The notes beneath the pieces are model-generated. The model was not told the DNA's origin. It was given only the letters and a program-made list of their open reading frames with translations, and made no database searches. Of a stretch of 64,000 nucleotides of DNA, positions 27,730 through 37,113 are shown piece by piece. Made by a program: the position numbers and the translations under genes. Source of the DNA: Candidatus Woesearchaeota archaeon (GTDB taxonomy: Archaea > Nanobdellota > Nanobdellia > Woesearchaeales > SM23-78). Within the stretch, counting starts at the first letter, position 1, and every line of letters begins with the position of its first letter. The stretch covers positions 16,930-80,929 of the forward strand of contig JAFGGS010000022.1 of the NCBI GenBank assembly GCA_016930415.1. The letters are read 5' to 3'.

Positions 27730-29961
27730 TCAGTACAAGGGTATATTTCCTGTGCCTTCTCCGACCAGCTCAACGTTCTTGACCTTTGAGAGGTCGCCAA
27801 TCTTGTTGATGCGTAGCAGTCCTTGGCTCTTGGTGTAGAGCAGGTCTTCGATGTAGAGGCTCCTCTCGACTGCTGGTCTGTAGTAGTACTTGCCGCCCAA
27901 TGACGCGGAGTGGTCTACGATGCCTCGCAGCTCGATGTCGTCCTTGGTTATCTTGAAGACCATCGCGCCGTTGTAGCCTTGCACTGCTTCTGGCTTCCTT
28001 GGCATGATCTCGTCTCCTTCCCATCCCCAGTCATCGTAGGTCTGGCTGTAGGCTGGTATCACGAGCAGCTCTTTCTCTTTTGAGAAGAGGAATGCCTTGT
28101 GCTCGTACTCTGCAGTGCTCTGAGCGTATCGCTCGTCCGTCGTGAACTTGGCGATTTCCTTCGGCTTCTCGACGTCTGTCACGTCGAAGAGGCTTATCTT
28201 GAGTCCGCGCGTCCTTCCAGTCTCGCTCGCGTCCCTGCCTATGCCTATTATCGTGTTCGCATCGTACGGGTGCAGGTACCTGCTAAAGCCCGGTATCTTG
28301 AGCTTGCCAAGCATCCTCGGGTTCTTGGCGTCGCTTAGGTCGATTACGAAGAACGGGTCGACCTGCCTGAACGTGACCATGTAAAGCCTCTCGCCTATGA
28401 ACCTGGTGGAGTAGATCTGCTCTCCCTCTGCAAGGCCCTTGAGCGATCCTAGCACCTTGAGGCTCTTGTCCATCGTGAAGACGTTGTTCGTTGACTCTGT
28501 CATCTTCTCATCGCTTGTCGCGGCGAACCTTGACCATCTCTGGCTGATAGTCGTCGCTATCCTGAAGACGTCTCCTTCCTCGTCCATGCTGAACTGGTTC
28601 ATGATATGGCCAGGCACCTTGCCATTGGCCTCGACCTCGATGTCTCCGTTGTTCACGCTTATCCTGTTAACGATTGTGTACTCGAAATGCTCGTACTCGT
28701 CAAGCTTCTTCTTCAGGAGAGCTTCTGCCTCATCCCTTAAGTCCTCCTGCTCTTCCTGGGTCATGAAGTTCATGTAGTCGTACGCGATCTGCATCACCTT
28801 TGACCTCTTCTCTGCTTTTGAGAGCAGGTCCTCATCAGCGGCTTTTATCTTCTTGATGAGATCCTTGTCGCTGTCGGTGAGCCTTGGCGTCATCATCTCC
28901 AGTATGATGTCCTGCTCTATCTCCCACTCGTTGATGTACTCAGTGTACGTGATGTAGATGTTCTTATCGCTCATGTAAAGGTTCTGTCCGTTCTCGACAG
29001 CAATGCTCTTGGAGTTCACGCTTGCCTCCAGGTCTGCCAGGTTTATCGCGTGGATGTTCGCCAGCGTCACTCCGTTGTACGGGATGTTGAAGTAGTGGAT
29101 GTCACGCACAGGCATGGCTTTTATGGTGGCTCCGTCCATCATCACGGGCGTCGGGTAGATCCTTCTGTACTCGGGGTTCAGGTTGGTTATCAGGTAGGCG
29201 TAGCCCTCTGTCATCCTAGCCTCTGAGTAGTATCCTTCGAACTTGTAGTCCTTGACGAGCTTTGGCTCGGCCTTGTCGCTCGTGTCGTAGATTCTGACAA
29301 AGGTCATGCCTTGCCTTGGCCTAAAGTCCATCTCCTTGAAGAAGTCGTTGTCATAGAAGTTGCCGATGACCGCTAGCTTGTCTCCTTTGACAAAGAGGCC
29401 TGTCGGTCGGCTCTTGAACTTGACTTGTGAGATTACCTCTGCGTCCTCTCCAGGATAAGCCTTGATTATGAACAAGGAGTTTCCTGATATGGTGTATACG
29501 TAGTCCCCGTCCGTCTTGATGATGTCTGCCTCGTCGACCGTAGACACTTGGTTGTTCGTCTCTGAGTAGTCGATGTCAGCTCCGTTCTGCGCTGACTCTC
29601 CAGCAGTCACCTTGACGGCAGTAGGCGCTGCCATCGGGGCGGATCCTGCAGAGTCCAAGGCCAGGCTTTCGACCATGACTCCTCTCGCCATGTCTGCGCC
29701 GCCGAAGTATCCTCCACCGCTGACGCTGTTGGACTTGACGAACGCCAAGTACTCCGAGTCAGACTCGAAGTTGCTGGTCTCTATCTTCTCCACAGGGTCA
29801 AATGACGCCTGGGAATGGGTCGCCGCGCTCCCATCCACGTGCTCGATTATAGGCGGGATGACTCCTCCTTCGCACGCTGATAGCAGCATCCCTGCAGCCA
29901 CTAGGAACATAAGCAATATTATTGTAGTTATTATCCCTTCCTTCTTCATTCCCTTCTTCAT
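27730..29961 (-). CDS. Secreted beta-propeller domain lipoprotein (COG4880-like)
   Basis: YSETNNQV..VDEADIIKTDG, NQFSMDE, TFRQVDP, LKIPGFS.YLHP; SD AAGGTGAT before ATG 29961. Confidence 0.88.
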   Translation of the reverse strand: MKKGMKKEGIITTIILLMFLVAAGMLLSACEGGVIPPIIEHVDGSAATHSQASFDPVEKIETSNFESDSEYLAFVKSNSVSGGGYFGGADMARGVMVESLALDSAGSAPMAAPTAVKVTAGESAQNGADIDYSETNNQVSTVDEADIIKTDGDYVYTISGNSLFIIKAYPGEDAEVISQVKFKSRPTGLFVKGDKLAVIGNFYDNDFFKEMDFRPRQGMTFVRIYDTSDKAEPKLVKDYKFEGYYSEARMTEGYAYLITNLNPEYRRIYPTPVMMDGATIKAMPVRDIHYFNIPYNGVTLANIHAINLADLEASVNSKSIAVENGQNLYMSDKNIYITYTEYINEWEIEQDIILEMMTPRLTDSDKDLIKKIKAADEDLLSKAEKRSKVMQIAYDYMNFMTQEEQEDLRDEAEALLKKKLDEYEHFEYTIVNRISVNNGDIEVEANGKVPGHIMNQFSMDEEGDVFRIATTISQRWSRFAATSDEKMTESTNNVFTMDKSLKVLGSLKGLAEGEQIYSTRFIGERLYMVTFRQVDPFFVIDLSDAKNPRMLGKLKIPGFSRYLHPYDANTIIGIGRDASETGRTRGLKISLFDVTDVEKPKEIAKFTTDERYAQSTAEYEHKAFLFSKEKELLVIPAYSQTYDDWGWEGDEIMPRKPEAVQGYNGAMVFKITKDDIELRGIVDHSASLGGKYYYRPAVERSLYIEDLLYTKSQGLLRINKIGDLSKVKNVELVGEGTGNIPLY

Positions 29962-30128
29962 ATGGATCACCTTGCCTGTCTTATTGATCATACGCAACCC
30001 TTTTTTTTCTGGTTGCTACAGATCATGTGGACTAGGATTTATAAATAGTTTGTTTAGAATTCAAACAGGATTGAAGCTATCGGTTGAAAAACGCTTGTTA
30101 GATGAAGATAAGAATGTAAAAGAGTTTT

Positions 30129-30350
30129 TCAGTTCCTTTCCATGTAGCCGCACTTGCCGCAAGTCCTTCTGTCCTTGTGGTTTGCGAGGGTCGTGCCTGC
30201 TCCGCACTTAGGGCAGCTCTTGTTCTTCCTCTTGATGCTGTTGCCTGATATCTCGTACCTGCTGCTCGCTGGTTTTCCTTTCTTCTTCGCTGGCCCGCCT
30301 CCTCCTGCTGGTTTCTTTGCGGGCGTCTTTCCTTTGTTTGGTGCTGCCAT
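30129..30350 (-). CDS. rps27ae: 30S ribosomal protein S27ae
   Basis: [20 protein letters not shown]. Confidence 0.95.
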   Translation of the reverse strand: MAAPNKGKTPAKKPAGGGGPAKKKGKPASSRYEISGNSIKRKNKSCPKCGAGTTLANHKDRRTCGKCGYMERN

Positions 30351-30376
30351 TTTAGATCATCAACTCCTTTGTCTGC

Positions 30377-30688
30377 TTATTCTTTTGGCGCGGCTGCTTC
30401 CTTCTTATCTTCTACCAGGCCATGCCTCTTCATAGTGAACTCGTGCTCGACTGCCTTCATCGCGGTCTCATCATTATACACCCTGATCTCGATGTTCGCG
30501 CTGGGCGAGCCGATCTTCGGGACGACCTTGGTTACCAGGACTTGCTTCTCGTCAGTCTTGAGCTGCTTTGCCGCTTCCTTCCTGATGTCTGCCCTGCTTG
30601 GCGTCACTTTCTCGTATGCTATCCTTGCCTTCACGTCCCTCCTGTGCAGCAGGGGCTTGTTCTCTTCTGTCAGAATGTTGAAATCCAT
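30377..30688 (-). CDS. rps24e: 30S ribosomal protein S24e
   Basis: NKPLLHRR, TPSR; conserved synteny. Confidence 0.92.
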   Translation of the reverse strand: MDFNILTEENKPLLHRRDVKARIAYEKVTPSRADIRKEAAKQLKTDEKQVLVTKVVPKIGSPSANIEIRVYNDETAMKAVEHEFTMKRHGLVEDKKEAAAPKE

Positions 30689-30723
30689 GTTGTATCACCA
30701 AATAATCATTTAAGGGGGGCTTC

Positions 30724-30912
30724 TTATCTTATCTTGATTGCGTACTCCCCGTCCGTCTCTACTCCCATCTTCTGGGCTATCTGTGATTCCTTTGAGTTTA
30801 TGAAATGTATCCTTCCCTGCCAGCTAGTCGTGAAGCTGTTCTTCTTGCATCCTGGGCAGCTGCCTCCTTCCTCGAAGAACATCTTGCAGCTCTTGCATAC
30901 AACCTTTTTCAT
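30724..30912 (-). CDS. spt4: Transcription elongation factor Spt4 (RpoE2)
   Basis: CKSC, CPGC, WQG, SQIA, GEYAIK. Confidence 0.93.
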   Translation of the reverse strand: MKKVVCKSCKMFFEEGGSCPGCKKNSFTTSWQGRIHFINSKESQIAQKMGVETDGEYAIKIR

Positions 30913-30931
30913 CGTGAAACACCTCTCGTGA

Positions 30932-31525
30932 TTATTCCTTCTTTCCTTTCTCTTCCTTCTTGGGCTTGTCGCCAGCGGCTACCTTGCCGCCGTCCTTCAA
31001 GTCAGCTTCGATCCAATCTTCTTTTCCAAGGCCTGCCTGCCTCATGGTGAGTCCGATCTTAGGCGTCGCTTCCTTGTATGAGACTGCGATTATCCTCGCC
31101 CTGCACTGGTCACCTATCTTGAGGCTCCTATGGCCGTCTCTTCCCTGAAGGACCTTGTCCTTGCTGAATGACACGAAATCGTTCATGGTCTGGCTGATGT
31201 GGATCATGCCATCGAGCGGGCCTATGGAGTAGAACACTCCGAAGTCTGCGACTTCCTTTATCTTACCCCTCAATACTTCTTGCATCTCAGGCTCGAAGGT
31301 TATGAGTTTGAAGCTGGTCTCGTAGTACGCTGCGCCGTCGCCTGGGATTATCACTCCTTCTCCTATCTCATCAACCTCTGAGACGTCTATGACAACTCCC
31401 AATTCTTTTGAGATGAAGCCTGAGAACTTGCTCTTGACTTCTGCGACTATCGCTTGTCTTAGCTCCAGTCCGAACTTGTCTGGAGACACTCTTATGTGGT
31501 CCTTGATCTTTACCTTGTAAAACAT
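30932..31525 (-). CDS. rpo7: RNA polymerase subunit Rpo7 (RpoE1)
   Basis: GDGAAYY, GPLDGMIHISQ, IGLTMRQ.GLGK. Confidence 0.96.
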   Translation of the reverse strand: MFYKVKIKDHIRVSPDKFGLELRQAIVAEVKSKFSGFISKELGVVIDVSEVDEIGEGVIIPGDGAAYYETSFKLITFEPEMQEVLRGKIKEVADFGVFYSIGPLDGMIHISQTMNDFVSFSKDKVLQGRDGHRSLKIGDQCRARIIAVSYKEATPKIGLTMRQAGLGKEDWIEADLKDGGKVAAGDKPKKEEKGKKE

Positions 31526-31921
31526 TTAGCCCATCACCGCCAAATACTTCTTCTGGCGCAAGCCTATGACTTTCGCCCCTTTTTCCCGAACACGCCTCCT
31601 TAGGATTGCGTCTTGGGTCGCTACGTAAGTATTCTCGTCTGAAGCGCTGACTATGTCGTCATCAGCGCTCTCTCTTCCCCTGGAAACCCCGACCCTTTTT
31701 AAGCTTTTCTGTCCTGCAAGGACGATTGCGAGCTTTGCTGCGAACTTGTCCCTCTCGCCTGCTGAAATGACTATTCTTTGGAGTTCGTCCATTGTCTTCT
31801 CGACGACGCACATCTCAAAAGGCTCGTCCATTATCCTTGCTATCTCAGAGAAGATGTCCACCTTGAACTGCCCTGGTATGAGGAGGAAATTGGTGTCAAT
31901 TATGACCTTTTTCTTGTCCAT
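31526..31921 (-). CDS. PIN domain protein (Fcf1/Utp23-like)
   Basis: IIDTNFL, ADD, VATQD; usual neighbour of rpo7. Confidence 0.9.
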   Translation of the reverse strand: MDKKKVIIDTNFLLIPGQFKVDIFSEIARIMDEPFEMCVVEKTMDELQRIVISAGERDKFAAKLAIVLAGQKSLKRVGVSRGRESADDDIVSASDENTYVATQDAILRRRVREKGAKVIGLRQKKYLAVMG

Positions 31922-32052
31922 TGTTTTTCAGGGTGTTTCTGCATTTTAAAAGCTATCGGGGTGTTGGGTTGGTCACTCTGATAATCAAAACAACAGTGTA
32001 TGTTACTACTTTTAAGTAATATTTAAATAGTGGTTGTTGTTCTGCTCTGCAC

Positions 32053-32490
32053 ATGCCTCCCATAAGACGAATAGACCTAACAAGAGCACTCTCAAAGAGG
32101 GACTTTGAAAGGCCTGTGCAGCGGCTGGTACTAAGACGCTTGGAAAGAGACGATCTGTTAGGCTCAGGATTCCTCTACAGAGGATTTGACGGGGAAAAGC
32201 TAGTCTTCATGAAGTCATTTGGGACCGACCGCGTAGAAATGACTCCAAACGGCAAGTTGAAAGTATCTGAGGATATCACCTGCGCAAGAGACAGCGCCCT
32301 CCAGAACCCAGACGTCCACGCATGGGACAACCCCCTGCGCTACGCCCTAGGAAACGAGAGAAAAGCCTTAGTCGTCTACAACGCATACCATCTGGACATG
32401 CTAGACGAGGTCAACTACAAGTTCAAGGACCCGAAGAAGAAGCTGGAAGCCATGCTTGCAGTCTACCTGCTTGAGGAGAGCCTTTCTTGA
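32053..32490 (+). CDS. Hypothetical protein
   Basis: Open frame with TATA ATTTAAATA about 25 nt upstream; FLYRG motif. Confidence 0.65.
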   Translation: MPPIRRIDLTRALSKRDFERPVQRLVLRRLERDDLLGSGFLYRGFDGEKLVFMKSFGTDRVEMTPNGKLKVSEDITCARDSALQNPDVHAWDNPLRYALGNERKALVVYNAYHLDMLDEVNYKFKDPKKKLEAMLAVYLLEESLS

Positions 32491-32556
32491 GACAAGAATC
32501 CTGAACTCATCAAAACCAAAAACTAATTAAAAACATCCCGCTATTCCCTGTCTATC

Positions 32557-33240
32557 ATGGCCAAGAAGTCTAAGGGTAACATTCTAGTCATATGCGCTCA
32601 TTCCGACGACCAGGTGATAGGGGCTGGCGGAGCCTTGGCGAAGTACGCAAAGGAGGGCTACGACATCCACACCCTGATCATGTCCTTCGGGGAGAGCGTC
32701 AAGCCCCATTTCAAGCGCGAGGTCATCTCTAAGATCAGGGTGAAAGAGTCTCAGAGGGCCAACAAGATCTTGGGCGGAAAAGGTTTGACATTCCTAGGAT
32801 TGAAGGAGCTCAAGTTCGAGGAGGACTTTGCCAGGAGGAACATAAGCGAGAACTTCAAGTCTCTGATTCTCAAGATGAACCCTGTCAAGATATTCACCCA
32901 CTCCAACGACGACGCCCACCCAGACCACCGCGCCACCCTCAGGATTGTCCTCAAGGCCTACAAGCGCCTCAGGCTCACGTGCGAGCTCTACACCTTCGAA
33001 GTATGGCACCTCTTCAATATAAAAAAGAGGAACAAGCCAAAGCTAGTCGTGGACACCACAGAGACTTTCAGCAAGAAGATCGCCGCCCTGAAGGCGTTCA
33101 AGAGCCAGATAAAGCTCTCAAGCTTCTACAACTACTTCGTCCTCAACAACTTCTTCTACTTCCTGATATACATCAAGGACTTCATGAACGGCCTGAAATA
33201 CAAGTCTAGGTTCGCAGAAGTTTTTTATAAGATAAGGTGA
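32557..33240 (+). CDS. PIG-L/LmbE family deacetylase
   Basis: AHSDD, HPDH, FKSQ. Confidence 0.9.
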   Translation: MAKKSKGNILVICAHSDDQVIGAGGALAKYAKEGYDIHTLIMSFGESVKPHFKREVISKIRVKESQRANKILGGKGLTFLGLKELKFEEDFARRNISENFKSLILKMNPVKIFTHSNDDAHPDHRATLRIVLKAYKRLRLTCELYTFEVWHLFNIKKRNKPKLVVDTTETFSKKIAALKAFKSQIKLSSFYNYFVLNNFFYFLIYIKDFMNGLKYKSRFAEVFYKIR

Positions 33241-33278
33241 TCTTAGGATATAAGGATTATGCAGTTATCGGTGGTCTC

Positions 33279-34472
33279 ATGGCTGAGGATCAGAAGGTAG
33301 GAAAGGAAGCTGGAAAAGAAGCCGGCAAGAGGAAGATATTGATAGCGACAGACAACTTCCTGCCAAGGTGGGACGGGATATCCCGCTTCCTCGCAGAGAT
33401 GATCCCGAGGCTCAAGGACAGGTATGACTTGACTATAATCGCGCCTGACTTCGGCTACACTGCCGCCGAGAAAGCTCAGAGCTTCAGGTTCCTGAAGATG
33501 CCGACCTCACGTATCAAGATAGGCGACTTCCCTCTCCCAAGGCCAAATAAGAAAATCATCCGTCAAGAAGTCGCAAAGGCTGACCTTGTCTTCTCGCAGA
33601 CGATCGGCCCAGTAGGGCTAGCAGCGATAAACGCGGCGAAGAAGGAGAAAAAGAAAGTGATCTCCTACATCCACTCAGTAGAGTGGGAGCTGATCACCCA
33701 GTCATTAGGGATTGAGTTCTTCAAGAACCAGGCTTACTCTATATCAAGAAGCCTCGTTCGGAACGTCTACAAGAAAGTCGACGTCCTCCTGATGCCTGCC
33801 CAAAGCGTCTCAGAAGTCTTCTCATGGCACCAGATAGACGCACCTAAGAGGATAGTCCACTTAGGGGTTGATACCAAGAAGTTCACCCCGCCAGCGAGGA
33901 AGGACGATGCGAAGGCCTTGGTGGGGATTGCAAAGGACATCTTCGTCATAGGATTCCACGGGCGCATAGGGAGAGAGAAAGATCTCTTGACCCTTCTTAG
34001 GGCTTACATCCAGGTGAAGAAGCACCATCCCAAGTCAATACTGCTCATAGTAGGCGACGGCGTCGAGAGCGTGAAGAAGAAGCTTAAGAGCGTTCGTGGC
34101 GTAGTAGTGACTGGGAGCAAACACAACGTGGTGCCCTACATCCAAGCCATGGACGTGTTCTGCCTGACCAGCCTGACAGAGACCACGAGCCTGTCGGTCC
34201 TGGAAGCAATGGCCTGCGGCGTGCCGGTCATAACGAACAAGGTAGGGTTCGTGAAGGACTACGTAAAAGACGGCAAGAACGGGCTCTTCTTCAACGCGAA
34301 AAACAGCTACGACCTCTCAAAGCATATCCAACGAGTGATGAAGGACGAGGACCTCAGGAAGAGGCTTAGCCTGACCGGCCGTAAGTTCGTGGAGAAATAC
34401 TTCGACTGGGACCTCACAGCCAAAGAGATCATCAAGGCCATAGATGACACGATCGAGGGCAAGGAAGAATAG
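33279..34472 (+). CDS. GT4 glycosyltransferase
   Basis: TDNFLPRWDG, GRIGREK, ETTSLSVLEAMACG. Confidence 0.88.
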   Translation: MAEDQKVGKEAGKEAGKRKILIATDNFLPRWDGISRFLAEMIPRLKDRYDLTIIAPDFGYTAAEKAQSFRFLKMPTSRIKIGDFPLPRPNKKIIRQEVAKADLVFSQTIGPVGLAAINAAKKEKKKVISYIHSVEWELITQSLGIEFFKNQAYSISRSLVRNVYKKVDVLLMPAQSVSEVFSWHQIDAPKRIVHLGVDTKKFTPPARKDDAKALVGIAKDIFVIGFHGRIGREKDLLTLLRAYIQVKKHHPKSILLIVGDGVESVKKKLKSVRGVVVTGSKHNVVPYIQAMDVFCLTSLTETTSLSVLEAMACGVPVITNKVGFVKDYVKDGKNGLFFNAKNSYDLSKHIQRVMKDEDLRKRLSLTGRKFVEKYFDWDLTAKEIIKAIDDTIEGKEE

Positions 34473-34516
34473 TGAGGATCCTGCTCTGATCAGCCCCCTG
34501 ACTTCTAAGAAAATCT

Positions 34517-37111
34517 CTAGCCAAGCGTGATGATTACGTCGTTGGTTGTAGCCTGTATCCTTGCGGCCCAGGCCCCGTTGGAGTTCCTCACATACTGGGT
34601 CATGGTGGATGAGTTGTCTGCCCCGCTGCGAGAGACCCTGATGACCCCTATCCTCTTGTCGTTGATCGGGCTCGCCACGTTATAAAAGTTTATGTCACCC
34701 ACTGCGCCATCAGATGTCATGTTGCCGCCGATGCCAAGATAAGCCGTGCTCGACTCTGTTGAACTGACTATATCCAGAGTTGGCGTTCCTGTGAAATAAG
34801 TGCCTGGCGAAGTCGTCCCGATACCGATGCTAGTCCCATTCTGGTAGATTGCTGAGTTGTTGAGCACGCCTGTGGCTTGCCAGAGCGGCAGGTATCCTGC
34901 GGTGCTTTCTCCGCTCGTGAAGTTTACGTTTCCTTTTGTGTTCCAGGTGGCTGCGTTTGCTATCTGGCTGTCGGAAAGCTGGCCAGTGATGTTAGCCGCT
35001 GCGTGCTGATGGGTGTTTGTCAGGTTGCCGAGGTCTGTGAGGTTGAGTGTGCTGTGTTGGTGTGTGTTTGCAAAGTTGTTTGGGTCTGTGATGTTGGCTG
35101 CTGCGTGGAGGTGTGTGTTTGTTTCGTCTGCGTTTCCGCACAGGCCGTTGTCTGCCGTGCATACCCTGCTGCCGTTGGCCTCGTAGATGAGACCGCTAGC
35201 GTTTATTCCTCCATGAAGTCGCATGTTGAGCGGGACTGCAACGGCGCCGATTGTTATTTGATTTTCTGAGGTTGAGACTGCGCTTCTTCCTATAACCACT
35301 GAATCCGAAGAAGTGGCATTTGCATTGGTGCCTATTGCTATTGCGTAATTGGCTGCAGTGCGCGCATAGTATCCCACTGCTGTCGCGTAGTTGCCGCTTG
35401 CAGTGGAATTGGCATAATATCCTAATGCTATACCATATCCGCTTGCTGAATTGGCAGTTTGCCCTAGAGCCAGGGATGCACTAGCTGTTGCCGCTGAGTT
35501 GAACCCCATAGCGATTCCTGAATTGCTGGATATTGAGTTGCTTCCTATGGCGATTCCGTTGTTGGTGCTGACTTGTGATGCTGTTCCTATTGCTATTGCA
35601 TTCTGGGCGCTGGTTGTTGTGGACGATCTTCCTACTGCTATGCTGTCTGCATTGCTGACATTTGCCAGATAACCTATTGCTGTTGCGTATGTTGATGCGG
35701 CAATCGAAGACCTTCCAATGGCGATGCCGTAATCTCCGCTCGCATTGGTGTATAATCCTATGGCTATGGCGTTATCTCCTTCTGCTGTTGAAGCATATCC
35801 GCTTATAACGGTAGCTCCCACACCAGATGCTTTTGAGTTCATCCCTATGGCTGTGCTATACCTGTTGCTCTCTGCGTCATACCCTATGGCGACGCTCTCT
35901 GCGTATGAGTATGAACTATCTCCTATGGCGATCCCCCTGTCTACTCCTCCCTTGTCTACCTTCGCGTTGAGTCCTATCGCTATGCTATACGTGGCATTGC
36001 TAGAACTACCTACTCCTATGGCGATTACGCTTGTCGTCTCAGCTTTTGAGCCTTGTCCTATCGCGATGCCGTAATTTCCCGTGGCGTTTGCGCTCCTGCC
36101 AATCGCTACAGAGTCGCTTCCTGAAGCGACAGTGCTTCTCGTTAAAGCTATGCTGTCCTGCCCCAACGCTTTCGCCTGGTAGCCTATTGCTGTCGCATAT
36201 GCGCCTGTTGCGCTGGCACTATTACCGATGAAGAATCCTGTTGGCATGCTTATGTTTCCTGCTACTGTGATTGTGCTTCCGCTTTGGCTCATTATGCTGT
36301 TTTCTAGCAGGCTGTTGCTTGTGAATACTGGGATGTAGTTAGCTGTTCCTGTGCTTGACACGTTTCCGTTTCCGCCTGCTGCTGCGCACAGGCCGTTCTC
36401 TGAGGTGCATACCCTGCTGCCGTTGGCTTCGTAGATTAGGCCGCTTGCGTTTATTCCTCCATGAAGTCGCATGTTGAGCGGATCCGTCGTGCCCCCTATG
36501 ACTATGTTCGTCCCTTCTTGTATTATCGCGCTGTCTCCGAGTGTGTCTCCTGCGGTCCATAGCGCTACGTAGTTGGTGCTTCCTGCGCCTGAGATGTTGG
36601 CTCCTCCAAGGGCTGTCGGGCATCCTGTCCCGTTTGCTAGGCAGATGTTTTGTCCTCCGACCGTGGCTGCTGGTCCTGTCACGTAGAGGTCTCCGTATAT
36701 ATACGCGTTCCTGCTCACGTTCAGGTCTACGCTGCTCGTGCCTACGTATACCATGCTTCCTGCGCCTTGCAGTAGGTATAGTCCTGTCGGCGAGTTAAGG
36801 TAGAGGTTGTTGTTCTCTGCGTAGATCTGGCTTTGCGAGCCTGATGGCTGGGTCCCGTTGCCTAGTATGTCTAAGTAGCTTGAGTAGAAGAGGTTGCTTA
36901 TCTTGATCTGGTTGGTTACGTTGATGCTGCCGTTCAGCTCGCTGCTCCCTTGCTGTTCGATGTAGAGCGTGTCGTGGCCTGGGTCGTTCGCTGCAAGTGC
37001 GCTCGTCGCGACAATCGATAGCGCGCTGGCTATAGCTAGAAGGAGGATCGCTCCTTTCAGGGCTGCCTTCAGGGCGGTTTCATCATGTCTGGTCTTATGT
37101 TCTCCTTTCAT
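34517..37111 (-). CDS. Secreted adhesin-like protein with YadA-head (Hep_Hag-like) repeats
   Basis: Signal peptide; over 20 repeats of about 14 aa (A.G..(S/A/G)IAIG); duplicated PLNMRLHGGINASGLIYEANGSRVCT; no beta-barrel anchor seen. Confidence 0.8.
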   Translation of the reverse strand: MKGEHKTRHDETALKAALKGAILLLAIASALSIVATSALAANDPGHDTLYIEQQGSSELNGSINVTNQIKISNLFYSSYLDILGNGTQPSGSQSQIYAENNNLYLNSPTGLYLLQGAGSMVYVGTSSVDLNVSRNAYIYGDLYVTGPAATVGGQNICLANGTGCPTALGGANISGAGSTNYVALWTAGDTLGDSAIIQEGTNIVIGGTTDPLNMRLHGGINASGLIYEANGSRVCTSENGLCAAAGGNGNVSSTGTANYIPVFTSNSLLENSIMSQSGSTITVAGNISMPTGFFIGNSASATGAYATAIGYQAKALGQDSIALTRSTVASGSDSVAIGRSANATGNYGIAIGQGSKAETTSVIAIGVGSSSNATYSIAIGLNAKVDKGGVDRGIAIGDSSYSYAESVAIGYDAESNRYSTAIGMNSKASGVGATVISGYASTAEGDNAIAIGLYTNASGDYGIAIGRSSIAASTYATAIGYLANVSNADSIAVGRSSTTTSAQNAIAIGTASQVSTNNGIAIGSNSISSNSGIAMGFNSAATASASLALGQTANSASGYGIALGYYANSTASGNYATAVGYYARTAANYAIAIGTNANATSSDSVVIGRSAVSTSENQITIGAVAVPLNMRLHGGINASGLIYEANGSRVCTADNGLCGNADETNTHLHAAANITDPNNFANTHQHSTLNLTDLGNLTNTHQHAAANITGQLSDSQIANAATWNTKGNVNFTSGESTAGYLPLWQATGVLNNSAIYQNGTSIGIGTTSPGTYFTGTPTLDIVSSTESSTAYLGIGGNMTSDGAVGDINFYNVASPINDKRIGVIRVSRSGADNSSTMTQYVRNSNGAWAARIQATTNDVIITLG
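35137..35233. repeat. 97-bp imperfect direct repeat, copy 1
   Basis: Near-identical to 36385-36481, including exact GCGTTTATTCCTCCATGAAGTCGCATGTTGAGCGG. Confidence 0.9.
36385..36481. repeat. 97-bp imperfect direct repeat, copy 2
   Basis: Near-identical to 35137-35233. Confidence 0.9.
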
Positions 37112-37113
37112 CT

